A stretch of DNA of 64,000 nucleotides from Chiloscyllium plagiosum (GCF_004010195.1 NC_057728.1:52041085-52105084); one strand, 5' to 3'; numbered from the stretch's first letter, positions 25,965 to 38,716 are shown. Notes: a model not told the origin generated them from the sequence alone. Numbers and translations: made by a program.

Positions 25965-26607
25965 AAAAAAGTCACAAAGCTGATCCTTTTCTTTCGAATA
26001 AGCTGTTCCTTTTCCCAAGGATACTGTGTCATTGGTTTTTTCAGAAGGATCATAAACAGCTCTTGGCTCTGAGATGGCTAGTTTGCTACAGACATGAGAA
26101 AGGATTTTGACAGACCTTCTGTTAAATATAAAAGATGAGACTTCAGACCAAAGTGGTCATGTTTTAGAAGTGACCTGTACAATGAAAGGGAAATGGTCAG
26201 TTCTGAAAGCTGAGCAGTTCAGTCCAGAACTAATTAGGCAGTTCAGCTGTGTGGAAACAGGCTGCTAGACTCTCTCTACTTCTGTCCTTCTAACTTTAAC
26301 CTGCAAGCATTTGTTTCATTTTTACTGTGTTTCAGTGGGTTTGCTTATTAGGACTATTGTGTATATTCAGAACAACATAATTAAGTCTAGTCTGGATAGA
26401 CTGTGTTCCTTAGGGGTTCTTTATTATTTTCTTTGTGTTTCATTGTGTAATTTTGTGAATAAATTTTGTCTGTTTTTAAACCTGTTAGTCAACCTCCTAA
26501 CTTACTCTGGGTAATTTTCACGATACACTTACCGAAACAAATTGCAAAATTATGATCTGGGCTGCCTGCTTAAGATTGTTTTGAGTGGTCTGGCCTAGTC
26601 CATAACA
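25965..26607 (+). mobile_element. LTR fragment (5' end unclear)
   Basis: TATA-like AAATATAAAA, AATAAA, and a 3' end GGTCTGGCCTAGTCCATAACA similar to the 18198-18828 LTR. Confidence 0.55.
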
Positions 26608-26936
26608 ACCTCAATTACTCACTGTGTGAAAACGTCTTTTCTCACAGCACATTTGCTTATGTTCCAAATCACTATACAGCTGTGCCCTCTCATTCTTGAT
26701 TCTCATATGAGCAGGAACAGTTTCTCCTTATCTACTCTACCCAGACCGAGTTTGAAAACTTCTATTAGACCTCCTCTTAACCTTCTTCTCTCCAATATAT
26801 CCTCATAACTGCAGTTTCTCATCCATGGAACCATTTTTATTAACTGTTTCTGTACTTTCACTAGTGCATATGCATCCTTCCTATCAGGTGGCACCCAGAA
26901 TTGTACACAACACTCCAGCTGAGGTCTAGCACGTAT

Positions 26937-27997
26937 GTTGTGGTTCTGTTCGCCGAGCTGGGAATTTGTGTTGCAGACGTTTCCTCCCCTGTCTAGGTGA
27001 CATCCTCAGTGCTTGGGAGCCTCCTGTGAAGCGCTTCTGTGATGTTTTCTCCGGCATTTATAGTGATTTGTATCTGCCGCTTCCGGTTGTCAGTTCCAGC
27101 TGTCCGCTGCAGTGGCCGGTATATTGGGTCCAGGTCGATGTGCTTATTGATTGAATCTGTGGATGAATGCCATGCCTCCAGGAATTCCCTGGCTGTTCTC
27201 TGTTTGGCTTGTCCTATAATAGTAGTGTTGTCCCAGTCGAATTCATGTTGCTTGTTACCTGAGTGTGTGGCTACTAAGGATAGCTGGTCGTGTCGTTTCG
27301 TGGCTAGTTGGTGTTCATGGATGCGAATCGTTAGCTGTCTTCCTGTTTGTCCTATGTAGTGTTTTGTGCAGTCCTTGCATGGGATTTTGTACACTACATT
27401 GGTTTTGCTCATGCTGGGTATCGGGTCCTTCATCCTGGTGAGTTGTTGTCCGAGAATGGCTGTTGGTTTGTGTGCTGTTATGAGTCCTAGTGGTCGCAGT
27501 AGTCTGGCTGTCAGTTCAGAAATGTTTTTGATGTATGGTAGTGTGGCTAGTCCTTTGGGTTGCAGCATGTCCTCGTTCCGTTGTCTTTCCCTTAGGCGTC
27601 CGTTGGTGAAATTGCGCGGGTATCCGTTTTTGGCGAATACATTGTGTAGGTGTTCTTCTTCCTCCTCTTTTTGCAGTTCTGGTGTACTGCAGTGTGTTGT
27701 GGCCCTTTTGAATAGTGTATTGATTCAACTTCTCTTGTGTGTGTTGGGGTGGTTGTTTTCGTAGTTCAGGACTTGGTCTGTGTGTGTGGCTTTCCTGTAT
27801 ACCTTTGTGGTGAATTCTCCATTAGGTGTTCTCTGTACCATCACGTCTAGGAATGGGAGTTGGTTGTCCTTTTCTTCCTCTCTAGTGAATCGGATTCCTG
27901 TGAGTGTGGCATTGAAGATCCAGTGTGTGTTATCTATTTCTGTGTTTTTAATGATGGTACAGAGAACACCCGAGTTACAAATCTTCTCACAAACTTT
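26937..27997 (-). mobile_element. Penelope-like retroelement (Penelope/Poseidon type), 5'-truncated: RT C-terminus, GIY-YIG endonuclease and pLTR with hammerhead motif
   Basis: Reads IRFTREEEKDNQLPFLDV...KVYRKATHTDQVLNY...HP, then one in-frame TGA at 27725-27727, then NVVYKIPCKDCTKHYIGQTGRQLTIRIHEH...REFLEAWHS. Flanked by a 13-bp TSD gtctagcacgtat/gtctaacatgtat (26924-26936, 27998-28010). Confidence 0.92.
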
Positions 27998-28819
27998 GTC
28001 TAACATGTATCCTATACAAGTTCAATATCATGTCTTTGCTTCTGTACTCTACGTCCCTATTAACAAAGCTGGGGACACTCTATGCTTTACTAACTGATCT
28101 TACTACCTGTCTTGTCACCTTCAATGATCTGTGCACATATAAAGTCAGGTTGTTCTACTCCTTCACCCCCTTTAGTATTGTACCCCTTATCTTATATTGT
28201 CTGTCCATGTTCTTCCCACCAAAATACATCACCTTATCCTTCTCTGCACCGAACTTCATCTACCACCTATCTGCCAAACCATCAAGTTATTTATATCCTT
28301 TTAAAATTCTACACTGTCAACTAACAATGCTTCCACATATCATCCACAAACATCCAGATCACTCATGTGTGTCAGGGAAAGGAAGCGTCCCTGAACCAAA
28401 CCCTGGGGAACTCCCACCACAAATTTTCCACCAGCCCAAAAAAAATCCATTAACCACTATGACTAGGATGGTAGGTGCCTGGAACACGTTGCCAGCACAG
28501 GTAGTAGAGGCAGGCACTGTAGATTCATTTAAGATGCATCTGGTCAGATGCACGAGTAGGTGGGGAGCAGAGGGATACAGATGCTTCGGAATTGGGCGAC
28601 AGGTTTGGACAGTGGATTTGGGTCAGTTCAGGCTTGGAGGGCTGAAGGGCCTGTTCCTGGTTGTAAATTTTCTTTGTGTTTTTGTTCTATTTGTACTCAG
28701 TCTTGTGACTCAGCTAATTCTGTATCCATTTGATACAAGCAATCTGCTGGAAGTCACAGGAGAAGAACTTTCCAGCTCTTGTGCTCTACCAGTGACAATA
28801 AAAAAAATCATCTAACGTA

Positions 28820-29950
28820 TGTAACGAGGTCAGCCAGGTGGACCTCATAGATTACGAGATCACTGATTGGGCTGTTAGTCTGGTCCAGTTAGGGAGCCCT
28901 GGCTGACAGATATAAATAGGAGGGTCAGAAGTTCATGTTCATTCTGAGTGCTGGCTCTGGGGAAGCTGGATCAGTGTTGAGGTCTTGCTACATGGACATA
29001 AAGGGTGAGTTGGCATCAGGATACTGGGCTCTGAGGAGTTATTTCAGTGGCGACAAGAGAAAAGCATGTTCCTGAAGTAATTTGCTCGCAATAGTCATCT
29101 TTGAGTTGGGGTAAATACTTTTGGCATCCTGTTTGGAAAGCTTGACTCATTCAATCCTGTTGTTGAAGACTGGGCCCAGTGTGTGAAAAGAATGAGTTGT
29201 TTTTCGGGCAAATGACTTTGGGGCAGATGAAAGGCAATGATTAATTCTCCTGACAGCTTATGGACCCGTAGCTTTCTCAGTTATTAGGAGCCTAACTTTC
29301 TCTGAGGCACCAGATACTAAAGCCTTTCAAGAGTTGTCCAATTTAGTTAAATAGTATTATGACCCCAAGCCTCCGATTCTGAGATGCTACCAATTTTACT
29401 TGACAATTTGAGAATCGAGGAATACACATTGGGAGTTTTGATGAGTGTAAGAGGATTGGCAGGAGTATGAGACTTTGGTTTAACCCTTTCTGAGTTGCTA
29501 AGAGACCATGTGGCATGTGGGGTTAACGATGCAAACATACGTAAGTGCCTCCAGCTGAAGCCAAAGTGCATTTCAAACAAACACTACATCTGGCTTTGTC
29601 ATTGGAAAATGTAGTCAAGATTAGAGTGGTGCTGAAAAAGCACAGCAGGTCAGGCAGCATCCAAGGAGCAGGAAAATCAACATTTCGGACAAAAGCCCTT
29701 AATCAGGAATGCCCAAAACATTGATTTTCCTGCTCCTCGGATGCTGCCTGACCTGCTGTGCTTTTCCAGCACCACTCTAATCTTGACTCTAATCTCCAGC
29801 ATCTGCAGTACCCACCTCCACCATTGGAAAATGCAGCAAAGTGAAGCACATGAGTTGCAGGATATTCTGATGGAAGTGGACACCCTCACCAATCTGGGGT
29901 GAGTTGGCTTCTGGACAGGGAAAGAGTTCAGCATGAGAGGTGAAAATTGA
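28820..29950 (+). mobile_element. Gypsy LTR retrotransposon remnant: LTR 28820-29046, PBS, degraded gag
   Basis: TG...CA LTR with TATAAATA, followed by PBS-like GTGGCGACAAG. Degraded gag reads LFGKLDSFNPVVEDWAQCVKRM ... LSELLRDHVACGVNDANIRKCL. Confidence 0.8.
29612..29821. mobile_element. Fold-back Penelope-derived non-autonomous insertion
   Basis: Two inverted copies of the same terminal repeat as at 16315-16772, flanked by the direct repeat CATTGGAAAATG (29600-29611 and 29822-29833). Confidence 0.8.
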
Positions 29951-30160
29951 TGGTTATGCTAAACTATAGCTTTGCAATAAAACCCTTGTAGATCTCTAAG
30001 TCTTCCAACAAAAACAAAAATTGCTGGAGAAACTCAGCAGGTCTGGCAGCATCTGTGGAAGGAAATCAGAGTTAACATTTCGGGTCCGGTGACCCTTCTT
30101 CAGAATTGTATTTTGCTGCCTATTTCAATATTTTGCTCTCAAAGCAAAAAAAAAACATAC

Positions 30161-30273
30161 CCTCGATTCCCTCCTCTGGAATACAGTTGAAACCAGACGT
30201 CATAAAGATGTTGCTTGAACCGTTGTGGGTCAGTTGATGTGAGATTTTTACTGGCAAGGTATTGATGAGTTAA
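30161..30273 (-). CDS. endoul: Poly(U)-specific endoribonuclease (XendoU-type), coding exon 5
   Basis: Translates LTHQYLASKNLTSTDPQRFKQHLYDVWFQLYSRGGNR(G). AG/GTATGT flanks, 113 nt. Confidence 0.95.
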
Positions 30274-30439
30274 CTGAAAAGAGGATAATTATCAGAATTA
30301 TTGTCAACATATTGGATGTCACAATCACTGCTCAGCTTAATTCACTGTTATTAAGGTCTTCTAAATTCATTGCAACTCAGACACAAGAGAGGGTATGGGG
30401 GCTATCTTTAAGCTAAATCAAGAACACAGAAGCCTTTGT

Positions 30440-30920
30440 CAGGAATAGATAAGACTTGTTCTGATTGTACAGGATTTTGGTGACACTACATCTGGAGTAA
30501 GTGTATAAGATTCTGGTCTCCTCTCCTCGGAAAGGATAGATTGTGTTGAAGGTGTCACAAAAAAGGGTTCACCAAATTAGTCACTGGGATCAGGGTGTTG
30601 TCCTATGATAAGGGGTGGAGCAAACTGACTATGTTCTCTGGGATTAAAAATAACAACAGGTCATCTGATTGAAAGGTACAAGGTTCTGAAGAAGCTTTAG
30701 GATAGTTGCTGGGAGGCATTTTACTCTGGAGGGGGATTTTGGAGTCTCTATTGCTGAATACATTGAAGCCTGGGTTAGACAGACCTTCAGTCTCTGAGGA
30801 GATCGAGGGATATAAGGAAAGGGTAGTTTAGTGGAGTTGAAGCATATTCAATATCATATTGAATGATGCAACAGGCTCAATGGGCTGAATGGTCTACTCC
30901 TGTTCCTATTTCTTGTCTTG
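30440..30920 (+). mobile_element. CR1 LINE 3' fragment (degraded)
   Basis: RT-end similarity plus a CR1 3' UTR ending ggtctactcctgttcctatttct. Confidence 0.6.
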
Positions 30921-31689
30921 AATAATGCTCTATGTGAAACAGGCATCCGATCGCATTAGCTTCCTGCCGTGTGGGTCAGAGTAACGTTCACTGCTCCCCC
31001 TGCCAGTCAATCATTAAAAGGTCATTGAACTTCAAAGTCCTGGTTACGAGAAAATGGACAAGCTTGGGTTGTTGTGTTTAACCAGCAAAAAAAGCTCCAA
31101 AATAAACTAACTTTAACATTATTCAAATGGTGCTTCCACACAGTGTCAGGTTAGGGAAGTGATCACAGCAAGAACTGTCAAAGAATTAAAAACAGAAACT
31201 CTGATAATTGTTTGGTCAGGAAGGTGAGTGAAGTTGCTAAGTACTGAAACACAAACACACAACACAGATAGCACCCTTGAAAATGCTAGGACACTAGACT
31301 TGTGAAACCAAAGAATGTGACTAAAAAGAAACCCAAGTTGTAGTGCTATATAAACATTCTGGAGTTCATATGATTAGTTTTGGCAACATGGAGAGACTTG
31401 GCAGATTTTGCTTCAGGAAATTAAGTTGGATGTAGTCCATGACGAGACACATTGTGCATAGCTTGTGAAAGCAGGAATTGGCAAAAGTTCTGAAGTTTAC
31501 ATCCCGGAATTACTCCTTCGACAAGCAGTGATTCCATTCATGACTAAAGTCTGGAATTTTCATCTTTTTCACCTGATGGGAAGAGATTGAAGTCCCTTAC
31601 AGCTAGAGGTAACCCACTTGTAAGCTTCATTGTTCCTCAAATTGATATCCCTTGGTTGCAAAGTTCTCATAACAATTTTCACAACAGTT

Positions 31690-32050
31690 GTCAGCCCTGG
31701 TTTGCTTGGTAGACCCCTTATGTAATGAGTCAGAAGGTTGTACATTCTTTACCAATCCAAAGACTTGATCATTCAGGTTGATACTCCCATTGCAATACTG
31801 AGGTAGTATTACACTGTCAGAGAGTTGTATTATGGATGAGATGGTAAATGCATCAAAGTTACATGAATAGACCCTGGGCCTATTTTCAGAGAGGAGCTAT
31901 CCCCAGTGCCCTGGTGAATATTTCTCTCTCAATCAATATAACTAAAACAGGCGATCTAATCAATATCACATTGCTGTTTATGGGAGTTTGTTGCATGCAA
32001 ACTGGCTGCTGCAATTCTTACATTACAACAGTCACTTACTTTAAAAGGAA
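31690..32050 (+). mobile_element. DeuSINE (SacSINE1/AmnSINE1-related) copy; CR1 fragment follows to about 32372
   Basis: Deu-domain-like ...ctgtcagagagttgtattatggatgagatggtaaa...ccccagtgccctggtgaatattt...ttgctgtttatgggagtttg... Related copies lie at 56320-56580 and 58085-58670 (minus). Confidence 0.55.
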
Positions 32051-34794
32051 TATACTTTGTGCAATTCTGATCTCCCTGTTATAGGGAGGATGTTGAGAAA
32101 CTTGAAAGGGTTGAGAAAAGATCTACAAGGATGTTGCCAGTGTGGGAGCGTTTGAGCTATAGGGAGAGGCTGAACAGACTGGGATATTTTCTCTGGAACA
32201 TCAGAGACTGAGGGGTGACCTTATAGAGGTTTAAACTTCATGAGGGGCCATGGATAAGGCAAATAAACAAGGTCTTTTCGCAGGGTGGGAGAGTCCAAAA
32301 CTAGAGGGCATAGGATTAAGATGAAAAGGGAAAGATTTAAAAGGAACCTAAAGGCAACTTTTTCGTGCAGAGTGGAAAATGACTAATCCCTTTCAAAACT
32401 CATGGTAGAATTGGATATTAAGATCCCAAATGTCTGAGGCTTATGGTTTTATCATGCAGTGATGCAGAATATGTCAATCCTTTGACAGATTATTGGCAGC
32501 TCCAAAGGGGTTACTATAATGGACTATTGACAAGGGGTACTGCTGGGACCCAGAACCCGGTATATCTATATTTTCTACAACATTCTAAGTTGTCCCTAAC
32601 CTTCTGGACAGCAATGATCACCCTTTTGGTTTATACTGCCTTCATGTGACTGCTCAAGATTGTTTTAAACATAATAAGGCTTGTTTTGCTTTTTCTTGAC
32701 ACAACAGAACTTTCTGGAAATTCACATTTCAGCATCAACTGATTTCACCACGCACTCCCCTCAGAAAAATCTAATACTAAAATGAAAGACCCAGCTGGAT
32801 TAAGTAAATGAACCAAAACCAAAGGAAATGATTGTTCATAAGCCTCCCCTGGCGTAATACTGAAGATCTTGGCCATAAAAATACTGATCAGGCCAAAATT
32901 TACACTGGGGAAATAGCACAGGTGCTCGAGAGTTACATAAAAATAAAACAAAGAACTGTGGATGTTGGAGATCTCAAATAAAAACAGGAACATCAACAGT
33001 TTCTCCAGCAATTTCTCTTTTTGCACCGAGAGTTACATGATGGGCTTAGCATGAAATTGATGGGCTGAATTGCCTCCTTCTGTCCAGTAATGAAGCTGTA
33101 ATTACGCCACATGCATCGTAAAGCTACAATCTCAAAATCATACAATACAGCAGGATGCTATTCTGCACCTCAAAGTACGTCTCATCAATTAGATCCACGC
33201 TCCTGATCTTTCCCTGTAGTTTTGCAATTATTTTCCTTTCAAGTATTTATCTAACTTGCTTGGAAAGCTTCCCATCTGATTCTCTTCCACTGTCCTTTCA
33301 GGTGGTTCCCTCTGATAATAACAACCCAGTGTATACATTTGTTATCTCTCATGTCATTTCTCGTTGTGTTAAACCTGCATCGTTATTAAATTTTCTAGAA
33401 TTACATTTGGTCCATGCTTTTTCCTTTCTTTTATCCACCATACCCCTAACCCCCAAAAGTTGTGTTTCAACTTTCTCCCCAGAAACACTGCTGTTGTATG
33501 TAGGAAATTTGGAATATCCAGGCAACTTTCAAAACAGCTAAATAAAGCAAAAAGGCCATTATCAGTCTTTGGCCCAATAATTAGATTAATAAGCAAAAGA
33601 ATATCACTGTCCTCAGGTACTTGTACATATTTCAGGATGACTACGCTCCTTTGAACGATGAACACATTGCTCCAAATTCCAACCAAATCTTGGATTTTTC
33701 CACATCTAACCTCAATTGCTCTGACTTGTGTCTTTACTTTGCATTTTCCCAGCTCTTCACCCCACCTGTAGTGGCTGTGTCTTCAGTCCTACCCAAGTTG
33801 TCACACCCTTTGACCTCTTTCAAGGTGCTTTTTAAAACCTAACATTCTAATCAAGATTTTGAGGATTCCTTCAAACATAAAATCCATTTTCATTTATGTC
33901 CCGATGAAGCCTCCTGAAACATGTTTCCACATGGAATCAATCTTCCGACTAAATTCAGGGATCAGCGACTCTGCAAGATGAGAACCATGGTACTATTGTA
34001 CCAATGCAACATATTATTCTTCAGCTAAAGTTGACTCTTTGATGCTACAAAGTCAAATTCATGAAAAGCAAACAAACAGTCATTGATAGTACCGAACTTG
34101 AGTATTGCTGAAAAACAAGACTTTCTTTTCAAATCGTTCCATTGTGCATTCATTAGGACAGTCACGAGAATACTAGAGTAGAGGGGAACAACATTTGCTG
34201 AAACAGCCTGTTAATTGGTTAGCAATTGTACTGCGATTGGTACAGGCGATCCCAGGGAGAATGCATTGGTTATATGATTGTTTAAATTTAAACTAAACTT
34301 GGCAGGTAACTGGTGGTCATCACCTATGAACCTATGAAGAGTCACCAGACTCAAAACATTAAGTCTACTTTCTTCCCACAGATGTTACCAGACCTGCTGA
34401 ATTTCTGCTTTTGTTTCAGATCCCCAGCATTGGCAGTTGTTTTGTTTTATTTTGGTACATAATTGTTGCTCTACTCACATGGTGAATGTCCTGATGAAAT
34501 GCAAAATGAAAATTTTTGACTAAGTGTGTCTTTTGTCAATGGTAACAAATTTCTACCTGGGTAAGAGGTTGCAGATATTCTGCCTCTGGCAGTGCATGTT
34601 CCTGAAAAGATCTTTTACTTCACTGACAAGAAAATCCAAATGTGAGCCAAAGTGTGAGGTGTGTTGAATGCACTATTGACACCATTCAAGTCACTGGAGT
34701 CTTTGTAAATACAATTGACAGCTTCTACTACAGTAATGCTTATGGCTTTTAGAAATCCGATGCTTTCTCAAGTCCATTGGCTGATATCACCCAC

Positions 34795-34916
34795 CTGCAT
34801 GACTTTTGTTTCAAGAACTGCGTCCAGAAAGCGATTGTTTTCAGCCCTTTCTTCTGGGGTTACCACCTCAGCAATTCCAGTGGACATTTCATAGTTGTCC
34901 AAGAGGGAAATGAAGG
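34795..34916 (-). CDS. endoul: Poly(U)-specific endoribonuclease (XendoU-type), coding exon 4
   Basis: Translates (A)FISLLDNYEMSTGIAEVVTPEERAENNRFLDAVLETKVMQ. AG/GTGGGT flanks, 122 nt. Confidence 0.96.
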
Positions 34917-35347
34917 CTATTTAAATGAATGATTAAATATTAAATTATGCAACCACAGTGAATTACAAAAAAAAAATTAAATGGTCTTCACAATTTATAT
35001 ACTGTCGCATTTCTCTGGGACTGCTTAAAGTAAGTTGAGTGATAAAAAAAATGTTAAAAACACGAATGTTATACTATATATTACACTATGCATTATTCTG
35101 CTAAAGTAGAGCAAATGGTCTGTCCCTTAATAACAGAAGGTCAATAAAAGGTTAAATGTTGTTGGTGGGCAGCTAACAGCCCTACATACAATCCCAAATC
35201 AGAACTAGGCATAAAGCAGAAAGAATACAATGAACAGAACACACCAGATCTACAGAATAAGATTCAATTATCATACTGAATAGACTTGAATTCCTGTAGT
35301 CAGCAGGGTCAGTGACTAAATATGATGTAACAGACTTCAGAACGTAC

Positions 35348-35459
35348 CAGCAAAGGTTTTAATTGAGCGCAAACGTTCTTCATTTACATAGGAGAACAGT
35401 GGCCTGCGAGCATTGTCCTTTGCATTGTTACTTCCTGCAGGGACATACCCTGCTTTACC
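35348..35459 (-). CDS. endoul: Poly(U)-specific endoribonuclease (XendoU-type), coding exon 3
   Basis: Translates GKAGYVPAGSNNAKDNARRPLFSYVNEERLRSIKTFA. AG/GTACGT flanks, 112 nt. Confidence 0.96.
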
Positions 35460-36123
35460 CTGCAGAGAAACAGAGACTCCAATTACCACTAACAACACCA
35501 TAATGATTACTCAATACAGACAATCCTCACTTAAAGTTGTAACTGTATTTTTAAAAAATCACAACGCTAAGTGAAACAGCAATGAGTGTATCATAAGTTC
35601 CTATACAGAGATCAATATTGAGCCAGAAGTGGGTTCCTTCAGACACTTTCTTACTCAGAAAAGTCAACCTAAGGGTACATTCCTGGCTGAGTTACAAAGC
35701 AAAATAGATCACTGTGCAGTATTTCTGTTATATTCAAACTCAAATTGAGTAACACATCAGTCTTGATGGGTTATGCATCTTACCCACAGCACTCCTGAAA
35801 CTCACCTCTGTTTGTCTCACTCTGTCGCTGCCTCATGTTTAAAGTGATTACAAACTCTGAGTAGTACAAACTTACTCCCTTTGATCTATCTGTCCATCTC
35901 CTTGCCCACCTGCTTCTTTTCCTCCTTTACAATCAGGTCCTGACATCGGATGACTCAGACACATGACGAAGCAAAATGCAACAGTGCACAATGCACATGA
36001 CACGACGTTAACCCAAAAATACTAATGTCATTTGAAGAAATAAGTCTTTAAAATAAACCATGCAAATGAAATAACAATACCTGGGACAGTGTAAAAGAAA
36101 AATTCTAGTTAAAAAAAGGATTA

Positions 36124-36330
36124 CATGTTTCCCCTGCTATCCGAAAGTTGAACATTCCTATGAAACCTGGCATCAGCTGAAATGGCGTAAAACGAAACTG
36201 CAATTAGTTTCTTCATAAAAGCTAAAATCCTCTTCGGATTTCTTTCAGTTAGCAATAACAGGTACTAATGCAGGTCTTTTGTAAATGTTAAGTGGCATAA
36301 AGCAAACTTTTTAAAAGCCAGGGATACCTG
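36124..36330. mobile_element. Tigger-like MITE (degenerate)
   Basis: Imperfect TIRs catgtttcccctgctat / aaagccagggatacctg, with TA at the left flank. Confidence 0.5.
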
Positions 36331-36704
36331 CATCTATACTGCACCTTCAACTTCACCTCCAAGTCTATAGACACTCTAATTTGGCACTATGTCATCTTCC
36401 TTCGCTGGTCAAAATCCTGGAACTCTGGATCTACCGACACCACGTGGACTACAGTGGTTCTAGAGGCTGCTCACTACCATCTTCTTCAAGGCAATTATGG
36501 ATGGGCAATAAATGGTGGCTTCCAAAAAATGGTCACTTCTTATGAATTAACATGTAGGCTAGCATTTATTGTATTAAACAAAACGCTCTGTATAATTCCC
36601 TATAAAACCAACACTGTCCAATACTATTCTCCTAAGACAACCCAATACAGCACCAGACAACCTTTCAAGCATATTTCTAAAGCTGGTAATATGAAGATAC
36701 TGAC

Positions 36705-36804
36705 CTGTACAGAAATCTGATAGTCTTTTCCAGGCACCAGTCGGTTTTCGTCTGCTTTCCATAGCTCATTCAGGATGCTGGAAAGCTCCTGGTTCATTAC
36801 CATT
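36705..36804 (-). CDS. endoul: Poly(U)-specific endoribonuclease (XendoU-type), coding exon 2
   Basis: Translates (G)MVMNQELSSILNELWKADENRLVPGKDYQISVQ. Polypyrimidine-AG acceptor and GTCAGT donor, 100 nt. Confidence 0.95.
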
Positions 36805-38052
36805 CTGAAAGGAAGAAAACAGCAAAATCTGAAAAACCCTACTTGATCAGGGCTGGGGGAAATCTTTCTTTGGTGCTAGTCGGAGCGTTCAACTCTAGCC
36901 CTTCCAGAAACAACCGAACAGTGAGACTTGTACTACAATTAAACTCAGGATATCTACAGCCAATGAAGTGCCTTTTGAAATTATAATTACTTGCAATGTA
37001 GGCAAGCAAAATTACAAGTCAGTAACTAATTACAGAGGGAAGTAATAGAGTACAGAAACCATTCCAAATGCAAGGCAGGCCGGTCAAAACATCGGTTTTA
37101 TGGATACAGTGTCATCCCGAGGGAGCGAAAGACATCTCTGGCCAAAACTCAATTCTTTCTTGGTACATAATCATTGGGACAATTTTGTCATGTATTGAGA
37201 ATCCTTCACTTCATTCAATTCCAGACTCTAACCCTGCTACCCAATTTTTTCCCCAATTCCCACAGCGATTCTTGAGATTCTGTCCAACGCTGGGCTCTGA
37301 AGTGGGTTGAGGTGGGGGAGTGGTTTTGGCTGCTGGAGTCATATTCGGGAAGTTCTGCCCTGAATAAAAGACACTGGAGGAGACTGTTCAGCTCATTGGC
37401 TAATCAGGTCCTTCTTTAGGATTCTTGCACTCTATTTGAAGTTCTCATGGCTATTTATTAGGAACCTCTTCACTTGGAATATTTGAACAAAGCTGTGGGT
37501 TACTGAAATGAGTAAGGCCAATTCCTGTGGGGCTGAAAGATTTGTTCCTTAAACTGATCATTTCCCAACCAGGGATGGGTAAAAAAAACACCAGACTGGA
37601 TTGTCAACATCCTGAGAACAATTTTCTTTTTAAGAAAAAATCCAATTACCCTAACTTGTGATTTGGTTCTTAGATTTCTGCTCCAGGCTCCACTTGGAAA
37701 TTATCACAGTTACTTTCAACAGCTTAAAAGAACATGAATCAAACCACATGAAAAATCATCATCTGTTCACCAATTTCTGCTCATCCCTAGTCTGACCCTA
37801 ATGGTTTTACTTGTTCATCCCAGAATCCATGTATTTCCTGAATCAACTACAGAATGGGAAAAATATTCCAAAGCTTCTGAACTCAGGAATGTTCTTTATG
37901 TCGCAGAGTATTGAAGGAGGTGCCATAAATATTGTGGGTGTATTGATGGCTACCATGCAAAGTTGGATAAATTCTGGAAATAAGGAAATGTAACCCTACT
38001 ACTTAAGAGGGGAAGGAGAGAAAAATTACAGACCTGCTATTTTCACATCAGT

Positions 38053-38716
38053 AGCAGTGAAAATGCTAGAATACATTAAAAAAGGATGGGACAACTGCGA
38101 GCTAACAGAAATTGCTGGAGAAAGTCAGCAGGTCTTGCAGCATCTATGAAGGGACAGCAGAGTTAATGTTTTGGGTCAAGTGAAGGAAGACCCGAAACAT
38201 TGACCCTGCTTTCTCTGCACAGATGCAGCAAGACCTGCTGAGTTTCTCCAGCAATTTTTGTTTTGTTTTTGACTTCCAGCATCCACGATTTTCTTTTGGA
38301 TGCTAAGAAAATCTGATTGAGCAGGATCACCATGGATCTGATTAGATCAGATTCTCTACAGTATGGAAACAGGCCCTTTGGCCCAGCAGTGAAAATGCTA
38401 GAATACATTAAAAAAGGATGGGACAACTGCGAGCTAACAGAAATTGCTGGAGAAAGTCAGCAGGTCTTGCAGCATTTATGAAGGGACAGCAGAGTTAATG
38501 TTTTGGGTCAAGTGAAGGAAGACCCGAAACATTGACTCTGCTTTCTCTTCACAGATGCAGCAAGACCTGCTGAGTTTCTCCAGCAATTTTTGTTTTGGTT
38601 TTGACTTCCAGCATCCACGATTTTCTTTTGGATGCTAAGAAAATCTGATTGAGCAGGATCAACATGGATCTGATTAGATTAGATTCTCTACAGTATGGAA
38701 ACAGGCCCTTCGGCCC
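38053..38716 (+). repeat. 332-bp direct tandem duplication (38053-38384 and 38385-38716)
   Basis: Two near-identical copies, each starting agcagtgaaaatgctagaatacattaaaaaagg and ending ggaaacaggcccttYggccc. Confidence 0.9.

Larger units (their letters stand above)
25790..28460 (-). mobile_element. CR1 LINE 3' fragment, interrupted by an LTR and a Penelope element
   Basis: Minus-strand translation ...RKDAYALVKVQKQLIKMVPWMRNCSYEDILERRRLRGGLIEVFK... CR1 sequence resumes after each insertion. Confidence 0.7.

Noticed and set aside
28030-28815. Longest ORF in the track (261 aa, plus strand)
   Set aside because: It is a chance read-through of an antisense CR1 fragment fused to a sense CR1 tail, not a gene.
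35876-35939. Possible 64-nt poison exon in EndoU intron 2 (GTAAGT donor)
   Set aside because: The acceptor lacks a polypyrimidine tract and there is no supporting evidence.
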